A DNA stretch of 64,000 nt from Candidatus Latescibacterota bacterium (GTDB taxonomy: Bacteria; Latescibacterota; UBA2968; UBA8231). The notes under the pieces were generated by a model. It searched no databases. It was not told the DNA's origin and worked only from the letters and a program-made list of their open reading frames with translations. A program made the position numbers and the translations under genes. Below, one piece after another: positions 8,961-18,847 of this stretch. Position 1 is the stretch's first letter. Every line of letters starts with the position of its first letter. Location of the stretch: assembly GCA_965223905.1 (NCBI GenBank), contig CBDCXV010000001.1:1472001-1536000 (forward strand), given 5' to 3'.

Positions 8961-10715
8961 TCATCTCCCTTCGGACCCGGTCCATTCGCCACTGCCTTCC
9001 ACCAGGACATGGTAGCGGCGCGCGGCGAGTCCCCGCCAGTACTCCCGCCGCCCACTGGGCCAGAGCACTTCCACCCGCGCGGCGGCATCGCCGTCCCCCA
9101 GGCCGAACAGGACCCGGGGGTCGTTCGACGCCAGGTAGCTGGCGGCGGCGCGCGCGCGCCTGACCAGGGCGGCCTTGCCATTCCGCACGAGGGCCACCCT
9201 GCCCCCCGTCACGTCCCGCCCGGAAGGTCCCACCAGACGCACTCCCAACCAGGCGGATCGGGCCCCGACCTGGTTAAGCAGGAGCTGGACGGGGCCGTTG
9301 TTGTTGCTCACCAGGACATCGGTGTCGCCGTCGTTGTCGACATCCCCCACCGCCGCCCCCCGGCTGACATTTGCCTGATTCAGGACCGGGGCCCGCGCCG
9401 TGGCGTCAAGGAACCGGCCCCCCCGGTTCACGAATAGATGATTCCGCTGCGCGAGGGCCAGGGGATCCCCCGCCGCCCGCAGGCTGGGGATGGTCTTGAC
9501 GGCTCCGTTGACGGCGATCAGGTCCAGCCAGCCGTCGTTGTCCACGTCGAGGAAGGCGGTGCCGAAACCGGTGAACCCGAGGCTCGGCGTCCCCAACCCG
9601 GCCGCGGCCGAGCGGTCGAAGAAGAGACCGCGGCCGTCGTTGAGGTAGAGGGTGTTGAACTCCATCCGCAGATGGGTCATGAACAGGTCTTCGTCGCCAT
9701 CGCCGTCGACGTCGCCAGCGTCGACGCCCATGCTCGCCTGCGTGCGTCCCTGCGCGTCGACGGCGCCGCCGCGCATCAAGGCCTCTTCGCGGAGGCGCCC
9801 GTTCCCCTGGTTCATCCACAGCCTGTTGGCGGCCTGGTCGTTGGCCACGTAGATGTCGAGCCAGCCGTTGTCGTCGAAGTCGGCGACGGCGACACCCAGG
9901 CCGGGCCCGGGAGCACCGATCAGCCCGACCTCACCGGAGATATCGGCAAAACCACCGTCTCCGAGGTTGCGCAGCAGCAGGTCCGTCTCCGGCCGGTAAC
10001 TCATCGGCCCGCAGTACTCCGGCGCACCGTGTTCGGTGGCGCATACCTTGTGGTTGGCTGCCCGGAAATCGACGTAGTTGGCCACGTAAAGGTCGAGTAG
10101 CCCATCCTGGTCGTAGTCGACGAAGGCCGCACTCGTCGACCAGCGCGGATCGTCCGTTCCGCTGCCGGCGGCAGCATCGCTGAAGGTGCCGTCGCCATCG
10201 TTGTGCCACAGTTGATTGGGTCCCAGGTTGGTCACGTACAGATCGATCCAGCCGTCCCCGTCGTAATCGCCGGCGGCCACACCCATGCCGTACCCGCAGG
10301 CCGTTATCCGGCTCGCTTCGGTCACGTCTTTAAAGCGCAGTCCGCCCGGGCGATGGACAGAAATCGGCAGGTCATTGCGGTACAGGACGTCGCACGGACG
10401 GTCCTCCTGGGTCAGCGAGGAGAACGCAGGCGACGCATCCTTCGCCCTCAGCTCCCGGCCTTGCACCAGGTAGACATCCAGATCTCCGTCGTTGTCGTAA
10501 TCGAACAGGGCGCCACCGGATCCCATTATCTCACTGATGTAATAGTCGCCCGACATACCGTTGAAATGGAGGAAATCGAGGCCTGACGCCATGGCCCCGT
10601 CAACGAAGATCCCGGCAGCCGACTCGGGGGCTTCGGGAGAGGCCTGGCAACCGGCAAAGGGCAGCAAGGCCGTAGCGAGTGCCGGGAAGATCAGCGCGTT
10701 TTTCGGGGTAAGCAC
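8961..10715 (-). CDS. CRTAC1-family protein (FG-GAP repeats + ASPIC/UnbV domain), probable lipoprotein
   Basis: MGSGGALFDYDNDGDLD, repeated DxDxDG Ca-binding motifs, SRGAAVGD, ASPIC tail SYLASNDPRVLFGLG...WPSG; GTG at 10715 precedes a signal ending FAGC (start inferred). Confidence 0.9.
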   Translation of the reverse strand: MLTPKNALIFPALATALLPFAGCQASPEAPESAAGIFVDGAMASGLDFLHFNGMSGDYYISEIMGSGGALFDYDNDGDLDVYLVQGRELRAKDASPAFSSLTQEDRPCDVLYRNDLPISVHRPGGLRFKDVTEASRITACGYGMGVAAGDYDGDGWIDLYVTNLGPNQLWHNDGDGTFSDAAAGSGTDDPRWSTSAAFVDYDQDGLLDLYVANYVDFRAANHKVCATEHGAPEYCGPMSYRPETDLLLRNLGDGGFADISGEVGLIGAPGPGLGVAVADFDDNGWLDIYVANDQAANRLWMNQGNGRLREEALMRGGAVDAQGRTQASMGVDAGDVDGDGDEDLFMTHLRMEFNTLYLNDGRGLFFDRSAAAGLGTPSLGFTGFGTAFLDVDNDGWLDLIAVNGAVKTIPSLRAAGDPLALAQRNHLFVNRGGRFLDATARAPVLNQANVSRGAAVGDVDNDGDTDVLVSNNNGPVQLLLNQVGARSAWLGVRLVGPSGRDVTGGRVALVRNGKAALVRRARAAASYLASNDPRVLFGLGDGDAAARVEVLWPSGRREYWRGLAARRYHVLVEGSGEWTGSEGR

Positions 10716-10894
10716 GATGGAGTACAGTGGTCCCCCGGCTTTGAGGTTGAAGGGAGCGCCCTGGCGCGCTCGATTGCGGCGGGAAACGGGGCGCCAGGGC
10801 CACCCTCCGGGGCGTGGGAGCGCGGGCAGTGCCGGGTGCTTCGACGCCCGAGTGGGGCAACTTGCGGCCGCGACGCGACACTGGAGCGGTCTAC

Positions 10895-10932
10895 TTGCAA
10901 CGGTAGGACGCGCCAAATAAAGTTAGCTTTAT
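10895..10932 (+). promoter_or_regulatory. Sigma70-type promoter overlapped by an AT-rich palindrome
   Basis: TTGCAA (10895-10900), 17-nt spacer, TAAAGT (10918-10923); inverted repeat ATAAAG-ttag-CTTTAT at 10917-10932. Confidence 0.55.
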
Positions 10933-11062
10933 CAGCCACTGCGAGACATAAGCCCGCCAAGCGGCCGCTGGGGATTCGCCATATGAAACTCGAGTCACCG
11001 ACCGGCGGTCGATGCTCCGACTCCGAGCCTGTTGCGAAGCTTCCCTGAGGTCGTGGGTAACC

Positions 11063-12751
11063 ATGTATTTTGCCGTGGCCATTTCCCTTTTTTTTCTCGT
11101 CGCCTGCGACTTGGGCAACCCGCCCGCCCGCACTTCAACTCCGCAAGCAGCCCCCGTCTTCACCGAGATCGCCAGCGAGCTCGAAATCGAGTTCCGAAAC
11201 GACCGTCCCGCCACGCGGGATCACTTCATGGCCGAGGCCATCGGCCCGGGGGGGGCCATTCTCGATTACGACAACGACGGGGACCTCGACATCTACCTGG
11301 TAAACGGATTTCGCGACGCCGACGGGCACCTGGAAACGGCGGCGGGGGCGAACCGACTCTTCCGTCAGGAGACACCCTCGCGGTTCGTCGATGTGACCGC
11401 CGCGGCCGGTGTCGGGCAGACCGGCTACGGCATGGGGGCCGCCGTCGGCGATATGGACAACGACGGCCTGGTCGACCTGTACGTCGCCAACTACGGGCCC
11501 GACTGCCTCTACCACAACGAGAACGGCCACACCTTCACCGACGTCACCGACCGCGCTGGCATCGCCGCCCCGGGATGGGGCGTCTCGGCCGGGTTCTTCG
11601 ACTATGACAACGATGGCTTTCTCGATCTGTTCGTGACCCGGTACGTGGATTACGATCCCGCGGTACGGGCCATCGACGCCTCCGAAAAGCTGGAGTATCC
11701 ATCGCCGGCCCGGTTCGACGGCCTGCCCGACCTCCTGTTCCACAATCGCGGCGACGGCACCTTCGACGAGGTCAGCGCCCAGGCCGGTCTCGCGTCCACG
11801 CCGGGCCGCGGTCTCGGGGTCGCTTTCATCGACCTCAACGCCGACCAGCTCGTCGACATCTACGTGGCCAACGACGGAGACCCCAATTTCGCCTGGATCA
11901 ACGATCGCTCCGGCCGCTTCGAGGAAAGGGCTCAGGTCCTCGGCCTGGCCGTAAATGGATATGGGCAACCCGAAGCGGGGATGGGCATCGCCCTCGGCGA
12001 CTACGACGAAAACGGCACGGTCGACATCCTGGTGACCCACCTGGTTCAGGAGTCCAACACCCTGTACCGGCAGGTCTCTCCCGGGATCTTCGAGGATGGC
12101 ACCGCCGGTAGCGGGCTGGGCCCGGCCAGCTTCAACTCCACGGCGTTCGGGACCGCCTTCGCCGATCTGGATGGGGATGGAGACATCGATCTGCTGACGG
12201 TCAATGGTCGGGTTACGCGCGCCTTGGCTGCCCGCCGTACCGATGTGAAGGAGCATTGGCGGCAGTACGCGGAGGCCAATCAGCTCTTTCTCAACCAGGG
12301 GCAAGGACGCTATGCGGAACTCCGCTCTCGCGGCGACGAGTTCACAGGCGCCGTCGAAGTCAGCCGAGGACTTGCCCTTGGAGATCTGGACGGGGATGGA
12401 GATCTCGACGTCCTGGTCACCAATGCCAACGGCACCGCCCGCATCTATCGCAACGAATTCCCCGACTCCGGGAACTGGCTGATCGTGCGCGCCGTCGAGC
12501 CCGCTCTGCGGCGCGATGCCTACGGCGCCACCATCACCGTGGTGACATCAGGGAAGGAGAGACAGCGCCTGATGACGCCAACTCGAAGCTACCTGACCAG
12601 CAGCGATCCACGCGCGCACTTCGGCCTCGGCCCGGCGACCGCAGTTGAAGCCATCCGCGTGCAGTGGCCGGACGGCACCCGGGAAGGCTTTCCAGGCGTT
12701 CCGGCGAATCGGGTCGTCGTAGTGCGCAAAGGAGAGGGAGGCAGCCCCTGA
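11063..12751 (+). CDS. CRTAC1-family lipoprotein (FG-GAP + ASPIC/UnbV)
   Basis: Lipobox LVAC; DYDNDGDLD repeats; SYLTSSDPRAHFGLG...WPDG tail. Confidence 0.9.
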   Translation: MYFAVAISLFFLVACDLGNPPARTSTPQAAPVFTEIASELEIEFRNDRPATRDHFMAEAIGPGGAILDYDNDGDLDIYLVNGFRDADGHLETAAGANRLFRQETPSRFVDVTAAAGVGQTGYGMGAAVGDMDNDGLVDLYVANYGPDCLYHNENGHTFTDVTDRAGIAAPGWGVSAGFFDYDNDGFLDLFVTRYVDYDPAVRAIDASEKLEYPSPARFDGLPDLLFHNRGDGTFDEVSAQAGLASTPGRGLGVAFIDLNADQLVDIYVANDGDPNFAWINDRSGRFEERAQVLGLAVNGYGQPEAGMGIALGDYDENGTVDILVTHLVQESNTLYRQVSPGIFEDGTAGSGLGPASFNSTAFGTAFADLDGDGDIDLLTVNGRVTRALAARRTDVKEHWRQYAEANQLFLNQGQGRYAELRSRGDEFTGAVEVSRGLALGDLDGDGDLDVLVTNANGTARIYRNEFPDSGNWLIVRAVEPALRRDAYGATITVVTSGKERQRLMTPTRSYLTSSDPRAHFGLGPATAVEAIRVQWPDGTREGFPGVPANRVVVVRKGEGGSP

Positions 12752-14295
12752 TGGGACCGACCATGCCGATTCATCCCGGGGCGCTCCTCACCGCCATTGC
12801 TCTGGCCGTGCTCCCCGGGTGTCAGCCCTCCCTGCCTGGTCCTCCCACCGTCGAGGTCGAAGGCCTGGCCCCTCTACTCGCGAACGCGATCGAGGAGCGG
12901 CGCGATGAGGTGATGGCGCACCCGGCCTCCGCGGCCGCCTGGGGCCGCCTCGGCATGGTCCTCGACGTGCACGATATCCGATTCCAGGCGGTCCAGTGCT
13001 ACGAACGCGCCCACCAGCTCGATGCGGATGAATTCCGTTGGCCCTACTTCCTCGGCCTGCTGACGAGCAAGTCCGACCTCGACGCCTCCTTCTCCCACTT
13101 TCTGAAGGCTGCGCGGATCAGGGACGACTACGCGCCGTTGTTCATCCATATCGGCCGCGGCCATTTCGAGGGAGAGCGTTTCGAGGAGGCGGCGCGCGCT
13201 TTCGAGCGCGCCATCCAACTGGATGCCGGCATGCATCGCGCTCGTCTCGGCTTGGCGATGGTGGCGCTGGCACGGGACGAACCGGTCAGAGCTCGAGAGA
13301 TCCTCGAGCACGCCCGCGCCCGGGGAGCGGCCGCAGGAGAGATCCACTGGCTGTTGGCGGAGTCATACCGCCGCCTGGGTGACGAAGCGGCCTCGCACGA
13401 GCACTTCCAGCTCGCCCAACCGCTCCGCGTTCTGGAACCCGGGGCCGACCCGATACGCGAGACGATGGTGCGGAACCAGGGCTTGACCCTCGAGATGATC
13501 CGCAAGCGGTGCGATCACCTGATCGGGAGCGGACAGGCGGCAGCCGCTATCGAAGAATGGCAGCGGGCCGCGCGCGCCCAGCCGGGTTCGGCCGATGTCC
13601 TCGCCCATCTGGGCCGCGCCCATGCCCTGGCCGGCCAACTGGAGGCAGCCGTCGCGAACCTCCGCAAAGCGCTGGAGCTCGATTCCCGCCACGTCGATGC
13701 CCAGGTCCTGCTCGCCGATACCTACGTGCAACAGGATCTCGGCCTGGCCGTCGCCGCCTACCGACGCGCGCTGGAGCTCGACCCCGCGCACGCCAAGGCG
13801 AGGTTCAAGCTGGGTTCTCTGCTAGTCGCCACGGATGCCGCGGAAGAGGGACTCGACCACCTGAGGCAGGCTCACCGCGCCCTGAAAAAGGATCTGTCGG
13901 CGCACCGACATTTTCTCCTGATCCTGAAGAATGCGGGACGCTATCGGGAGGCCGTCGAGACCTACCGCCTGGCTCTCGAACAGTTCCCCGGCGATGCCGG
14001 CCTGCAGAGGGGCATGGCCTGGCTCCTGGCCACCTGTCCCGACGACCGCGTCCGCAACGGCCAGGAGGCCCTCGCCTGGGCCAGACAGGCCGCCGAATAC
14101 GCGGCGGATCCCCGGACCTTGGAAACCCTGGCCGCGGCCTACGCAGAAGCGGGGGATTTTCAGGCCGCCGTGAGAAGCGCGACACAGGCCAAGGAACTAC
14201 TGCTGAAAGAGGGCGCAATCTCGGCCGTGGGACAGTTGGATCAACGCCTGGGACTGTACAGGGACGGGAAACCGTACCGCGAACCGCGGCGGTAG
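12751..14295 (+). CDS. TPR lipoprotein, paralog of 7338-8954
   Basis: Lipobox-like LPGC; TPR units; AWLLATCPDDRVRNG motif; TGATG coupling to the upstream gene. Confidence 0.85.
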   Translation: MGPTMPIHPGALLTAIALAVLPGCQPSLPGPPTVEVEGLAPLLANAIEERRDEVMAHPASAAAWGRLGMVLDVHDIRFQAVQCYERAHQLDADEFRWPYFLGLLTSKSDLDASFSHFLKAARIRDDYAPLFIHIGRGHFEGERFEEAARAFERAIQLDAGMHRARLGLAMVALARDEPVRAREILEHARARGAAAGEIHWLLAESYRRLGDEAASHEHFQLAQPLRVLEPGADPIRETMVRNQGLTLEMIRKRCDHLIGSGQAAAAIEEWQRAARAQPGSADVLAHLGRAHALAGQLEAAVANLRKALELDSRHVDAQVLLADTYVQQDLGLAVAAYRRALELDPAHAKARFKLGSLLVATDAAEEGLDHLRQAHRALKKDLSAHRHFLLILKNAGRYREAVETYRLALEQFPGDAGLQRGMAWLLATCPDDRVRNGQEALAWARQAAEYAADPRTLETLAAAYAEAGDFQAAVRSATQAKELLLKEGAISAVGQLDQRLGLYRDGKPYREPRR

Positions 14296-14325
14296 CGGCA
14301 TCCGCGACGGGACCGTCCTCACCGG

Positions 14326-15528
14326 TCACTTCCAGGGGAGCAGCCTGTCGGGCGCGTTCCGATCGATGCTCGCCCCGCGCGGTCGAGGGCCGAGGGGCCG
14401 GATCGGCTCACTGTCGGCGGGACGATAGGGGATGTCCAGGTAGGGTGTATCGATGACTCTGTGGTCCTCGTAGCGGGAGTTCATCACGGCATCGATGACG
14501 CCCGTGGTCAGCAGGGTCCGTTCCGGAGGGTAGGGCGGGACCCCGGTCTGGAAGAAACGCTGGATGTTGCGGCACAGGTAACCGAAGCTGGCGCCCGGAC
14601 CATCGGGCTGAAGGTAGAACTCGGTCGCCAGCGCCTGGCCGTTGACGCGGGCGGCGTAGGCCCAGTCATGGACATACCCGTGCAGCAGCAGGGCGGCGGT
14701 CCCCAGACCGTCGTTGTGCTCCATGAGGAACAGCCTCGGCATGCCGGCATGCTCCTGCATCGAGCCCTCCGGTTTGGCCTCGATGGCGGCGCAAGCCGCC
14801 TCCGCCAGTTCCGGTGACCACAGGCCCCGCTCTGCGGCCGTCCAGACTTCCTCCCCTTCCAGGCACTGCACCGAGCGCACGCCGCTCTCTCCTCCCGAAC
14901 GGCGCTCCACCATGCACTGCAGGGTCTCCAGCGTGTGGTAACCGTAGGCTTCGACCTTGCCGAAACCGATGGCCAGGGCTTCCTCGATCTCGGTTCCGGC
15001 CGGGTGCTCGAGCCAGGGATTGCGCCATGCCAGCGGCAGGCAGGAACCGGCCATCAGGGGAATGTCCAGCTCCGCGGCGCGGTTCCACATCCACAGGGCG
15101 TCGGCGAAATCGCAGGCGAAGTGCTTGTCGTTGAACACGGGCACCGAGCGGCCGCTGTGGCCGAACTCGCCGGCGATCTGCTCGAAGAAGTAACGGCGGG
15201 GATAGACGATTCTCTCGCGCTCGTTCCACGGATAGTCGCCGTGCTCGCCGATCAGGAGCACGGCGTCGACAGCGAGCTTGTTACCGCCAAGAGTGAGAGC
15301 GCTGCGGATGCTTGGGAACACCGGAACGTCGTGCTCGCGAGCCATCGCCATGCCGATGTCGCTGTCGAGGACGTGATCGATGTACAGGGAGGCGACGTCC
15401 ACTTCCGGTGGATACAGCCCCTCGTCCGTGGACATTCCCTTCAGGAATTTGGTGACGATGGCGTCGGCGTGGGAGGCCGCGTAGTAGACCGTGCAGATGG
15501 CCGCTACGCGCAACCGATCAGCCCTCAT
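14326..15528 (-). CDS. Conserved hypothetical protein, possibly a divergent Gfo/Idh/MocA-like oxidoreductase fold
   Basis: RVAAICTVY..SHADAI, DAVLLIGEHGDYP, VFNDKH, YGYHTLE, YPPERTLLTTG; 4-nt overlap with the upstream stop. Confidence 0.65.
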   Translation of the reverse strand: MRADRLRVAAICTVYYAASHADAIVTKFLKGMSTDEGLYPPEVDVASLYIDHVLDSDIGMAMAREHDVPVFPSIRSALTLGGNKLAVDAVLLIGEHGDYPWNERERIVYPRRYFFEQIAGEFGHSGRSVPVFNDKHFACDFADALWMWNRAAELDIPLMAGSCLPLAWRNPWLEHPAGTEIEEALAIGFGKVEAYGYHTLETLQCMVERRSGGESGVRSVQCLEGEEVWTAAERGLWSPELAEAACAAIEAKPEGSMQEHAGMPRLFLMEHNDGLGTAALLLHGYVHDWAYAARVNGQALATEFYLQPDGPGASFGYLCRNIQRFFQTGVPPYPPERTLLTTGVIDAVMNSRYEDHRVIDTPYLDIPYRPADSEPIRPLGPRPRGASIDRNAPDRLLPWK

Positions 15529-16418
15529 CCGCCCTCGCTGCCGCCGCGCTTCTGGGCGAAGATCCAGTCGAGGAGCTCGGGGTTGTCGAAGGCCAGGGGC
15601 CAGACCACGTGTCGCTCCCCCGGATACTCCGTGTACCTGGGGTTCCCCCCCGCCTTCCGGAGCGCTTCGACGATGTCGCGGGAGTAGGCCACCGGCACGG
15701 CGACGTCCTTCTCGCCGTGGAAGGCCCACACCGGGAGGTGGGCGATGGTCTCCGCCAGGGCCGGATCCGCCCCCCCGGCGACGGGGACGGCGGCGGCGAA
15801 CAGGTCCGGGCGGGAGATGATGAAATGCCAGGTCCCGTACCCGCCCATCGATTGACCAGTGATGTAGGTTCTGTCGCGGTCAATGCTGAATTCGCTCTGC
15901 AGCTGTTCGATGAGGGCAAAGACGCTCGAGCTGACGCCCTCCGGTACGGGCAGCGTGGTCTGCTTTTGCCATTTGGCCATGACGCTTTCCTGAACCGAGA
16001 AGCCCCAGTTTTTCTTCGCCGGACATTGCGGAACCAGGACGAAGCAGGGGTAGCGTTCGCGGTTCTCCGGTTTGGCCAATACCTGTGCAGCCCAGGAACC
16101 GGCGACCTGTTTGACGTTGTCCGCTCCCCGCGCGCCAACTCCGGCAAGGCAAACCACGAGCGGGTATTCCTTCCCGGGATCGTAGTCGCGAGGTGGCAGC
16201 AGCCGGTAGCGCAAGGTATCGCCGTCAACATCGCCGTAGGAGCGCGCCTCGAAGAGGGGGACGACGGTCTCCGGGGCTTCCCGCAGAGCGATGGCGAAGC
16301 GATCGGCGGCCTTCATCTCGTCCGCCTTTTCTGCTGCCGGCTCCGTCTCCGAACAGCCGGAAAGGGCGAGAGAGCCGATAATCGACAGCGCCGCGGTCGA
16401 GGAGGTTATTCGCGACAT
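15525..16418 (-). CDS. Alpha/beta-hydrolase (predicted peptidase/esterase) lipoprotein
   Basis: Lipobox LSGC; nucleophile motif GQSMGG; WAFHGEKD; terminal H of the triad. Confidence 0.85.
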   Translation of the reverse strand: MSRITSSTAALSIIGSLALSGCSETEPAAEKADEMKAADRFAIALREAPETVVPLFEARSYGDVDGDTLRYRLLPPRDYDPGKEYPLVVCLAGVGARGADNVKQVAGSWAAQVLAKPENRERYPCFVLVPQCPAKKNWGFSVQESVMAKWQKQTTLPVPEGVSSSVFALIEQLQSEFSIDRDRTYITGQSMGGYGTWHFIISRPDLFAAAVPVAGGADPALAETIAHLPVWAFHGEKDVAVPVAYSRDIVEALRKAGGNPRYTEYPGERHVVWPLAFDNPELLDWIFAQKRGGSEGG

Positions 16419-16434
16419 GCAAGACTCGAGCGGG

Positions 16435-17628
16435 CTACTGCTCCAGACGCCGGTCGATGAATTCGAAGGTGCAGGTCGCCGTTACCTTGGCGGTTGAGGA
16501 GGGCGTCATCGACGCCAGGGTGTCGGCCCGCGATCTCGCCGCCCCGGACGAGGCTTTGAGGCGCCAGCTCTGAACGGTGCGCCGAACACACTCGTTCACC
16601 TCCGCGCTGACGACGGAGGATGAGAGGATCGCAGCTTCCTTCACCAGACCGGATGGGAGGATGGTGAAACGCACGGCGACTTCCCCTTCCGAAGCCTTGC
16701 CGGCGGCGAACTCCTTTTCGAAGCAGCGATTGATATCCGCCAGCTTCGTCTTGGCGAAGGCGTCGATGGCGGTCACGTCGCGAGTGATATCACCGGTGAC
16801 GCTGCCGCTGACTTCGCTGGAGCCGCTCAACCTGGCGCGGGTGACCTGCTCGGCGGCGGCGTGCCATTCCTCCTGCTCCCAGGGCTCGACGGTCGTCCGC
16901 CGATCGAACTCGAAGGACAGGTCGACGGTTTCCAACGGTTTGTCGAAGGCGTTGAACTTCAGGACGAAGTCCCTGATCCGCAGGGTGACCGTCTCGACCT
17001 CCTCTTCGAGGGGTTCGAAGACGATGAATCCTCCGTATTTCTCGCCCTTGAAGATCTTCTCATCGCTCAGGTAGTTGTTCGTCCGCACGATACCCATGCG
17101 CATGTTGAAGCGGTAGTACTCATTGCCGCTGGGTCCCCGGCGTGTCCGGTAGTAGGACTCGAAGTTGTGGCGGGCGGACCCGGCCAGGACGCCGTAGGGC
17201 TCGATGACCTCACCCTTCCGGTTTGTCGTGACCAGGGAGCGCAGCGGCGGCAACTCCACCTTGGCGTGGTTGAGGTTGTGCACGGTTACCCGGAAGACCG
17301 TGAAGCGGTTGCGGACGTACCCCACGCCCGGATCAACGTAGTTGCCGTAGGTGTACGGATTCGAGGAATAGGGTCCCTGGGTGGACTCCAGGGGGAACTG
17401 CCGGTTCAGCGCCTGGTCGGTCATGTGCTCGACATCGATGCGCAGATCCTCCGCCTCGTAGGAGATCACACCGTCCGCTCCCAGGGTGTAGAGCGGTCCC
17501 TGGTCAGCTCTGGAAACCAGGCTGGAGGTGTACTCGAATTTCGGCGGGAAGATGAGCGCGCAGCTCGACAGAAGCGGCAACGCCACCGCCATGCCGGGAC
17601 GCCGAGGAAGCCTGTCCCCCATCCTCAT
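16435..17628 (-). CDS. Lipoprotein with a C-terminal AgmX/PglI (TonB-C-like) domain
   Basis: Lipobox LSSC; C-terminal INRCFEKE..GEVAVRFTILPSGLV..SS...VNECV..VQSWRL signature; start codon choice inferred. Confidence 0.75.
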   Translation of the reverse strand: MRMGDRLPRRPGMAVALPLLSSCALIFPPKFEYTSSLVSRADQGPLYTLGADGVISYEAEDLRIDVEHMTDQALNRQFPLESTQGPYSSNPYTYGNYVDPGVGYVRNRFTVFRVTVHNLNHAKVELPPLRSLVTTNRKGEVIEPYGVLAGSARHNFESYYRTRRGPSGNEYYRFNMRMGIVRTNNYLSDEKIFKGEKYGGFIVFEPLEEEVETVTLRIRDFVLKFNAFDKPLETVDLSFEFDRRTTVEPWEQEEWHAAAEQVTRARLSGSSEVSGSVTGDITRDVTAIDAFAKTKLADINRCFEKEFAAGKASEGEVAVRFTILPSGLVKEAAILSSSVVSAEVNECVRRTVQSWRLKASSGAARSRADTLASMTPSSTAKVTATCTFEFIDRRLEQ

Positions 17629-17635
17629 ATGCCCC

Positions 17636-18847
17636 TCACTGGTTGTAGAAGTCGATCTGCTGTTGGGCAATCGACCCCTTTTGAGTGAGGGCGAAGAGCA
17701 CGAGGTTGATCCCCAGCTTCACGTGGGGCTCGTTCTCGGTTTCCTTCTCCCAGAAGGCCCCGTACCCCTTGTCCGAATAGACCGCGACCAGGCGATCGTC
17801 GAGGTATATCCCCTCCAGCCAGTGAGAGGATCGGCGTCCGGCGCGGTTGAGGCTGGTCCCGACTCCCACCTCCCCGCCGGCGGGAGGACCGCCCAGGTCG
17901 AAGAAGACGTGGTAAATCGGATGGTTGTTCGGGATCCTCTGGAAACGGGCGTCGCGTCCGAGGGCGTGCCTGAACATCTGTCTGAGTGAAGCTTCGGCGG
18001 GGCCGTGGTGCATCTGGGGGAGGTCGTTGTCCGCCACCACGAAGCCTCCGTTGCGCAGGTAGCGCGCCAGGCTCGCGGCCTCGTGCTCGGTCAACTCGAA
18101 GGCCCGGTCCGTGGTGATGTAGACGAATGGCGCCTTGAACAGGTCCTGCGAGTCGAGGTACATCTGGTCGTCCACCTTGGCTTCGATGTTGGTGTGGTCG
18201 TTGATCCAACGGGCCAGTTGGATGATGGAGCGTTTCTTGGAAGGCTCCAGGATGGTCCCCCACGCCAGGCCCAGGTAGACGAATCCGGTGATGTTCCTCT
18301 TGTCCGTCGGGTCCTGGATCACGAGGCTCTTCACTTTGCCGATGTCGAGGGCGGCCAGGTCGAGAAACTCCGTCTCCATGTCGATGCGTTTCTCCGGCTC
18401 CTTCATGCTCGTCAGGGCGATTTGCTCGAACCGCGGAATGCCGACGAGGGCGTCGCCCATATCGCCGCCGCCGATCGAGACGGCGAACTCGGCGCTGCCG
18501 CCCGCGCGCGTCCACTGCATCGTCCCGCTCAGGGCGTTACCGACTGCCCTGCCCGTGACTACGGTCGCGGTGCGGTCGCTGCTGGCGCGGACCACGGGGG
18601 TTCCTTCCGGAACCGACTGCTTGCGGAAGGCGAACTCCCGCACGAGCCGGGGGGCCGGAAGAAAGAAGGGGGTGTCGTCCTCCTCGAATTCGAAGCGCGC
18701 GACGACGCGCTCTTCCTCCACCGGCCGCGTGGCCGTCAACCAGGTGAACACCCCAACGTGGAGCAGGGCGGAGAGGACGAGGCCTGCTCCCAAGAGGCGC
18801 CAGTTGCTCCTGATGACCCTGAGCCTGTCGGATCGGCGCCGCTTCAC
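17636..18847 (-). CDS. DUF4159-domain protein with an N-terminal TonB-like membrane anchor
   Basis: PFVYIT..F.LTEHE..LARYLRNGGFVVAD, HPIYHVFFD, LEGI..DDRLVAVYS, KLGINLVLFALT; N-terminal TM helix containing SALLH. Confidence 0.8.
   Translation of the reverse strand: MKRRRSDRLRVIRSNWRLLGAGLVLSALLHVGVFTWLTATRPVEEERVVARFEFEEDDTPFFLPAPRLVREFAFRKQSVPEGTPVVRASSDRTATVVTGRAVGNALSGTMQWTRAGGSAEFAVSIGGGDMGDALVGIPRFEQIALTSMKEPEKRIDMETEFLDLAALDIGKVKSLVIQDPTDKRNITGFVYLGLAWGTILEPSKKRSIIQLARWINDHTNIEAKVDDQMYLDSQDLFKAPFVYITTDRAFELTEHEAASLARYLRNGGFVVADNDLPQMHHGPAEASLRQMFRHALGRDARFQRIPNNHPIYHVFFDLGGPPAGGEVGVGTSLNRAGRRSSHWLEGIYLDDRLVAVYSDKGYGAFWEKETENEPHVKLGINLVLFALTQKGSIAQQQIDFYNQ

Noticed and set aside
8961-12751. 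ASPIC/UnbV domains as a sign of an enediyne biosynthetic cluster
   Set aside because: No PKS, thioesterase or other enediyne cassette genes. CRTAC1-type proteins are widespread outside such clusters.
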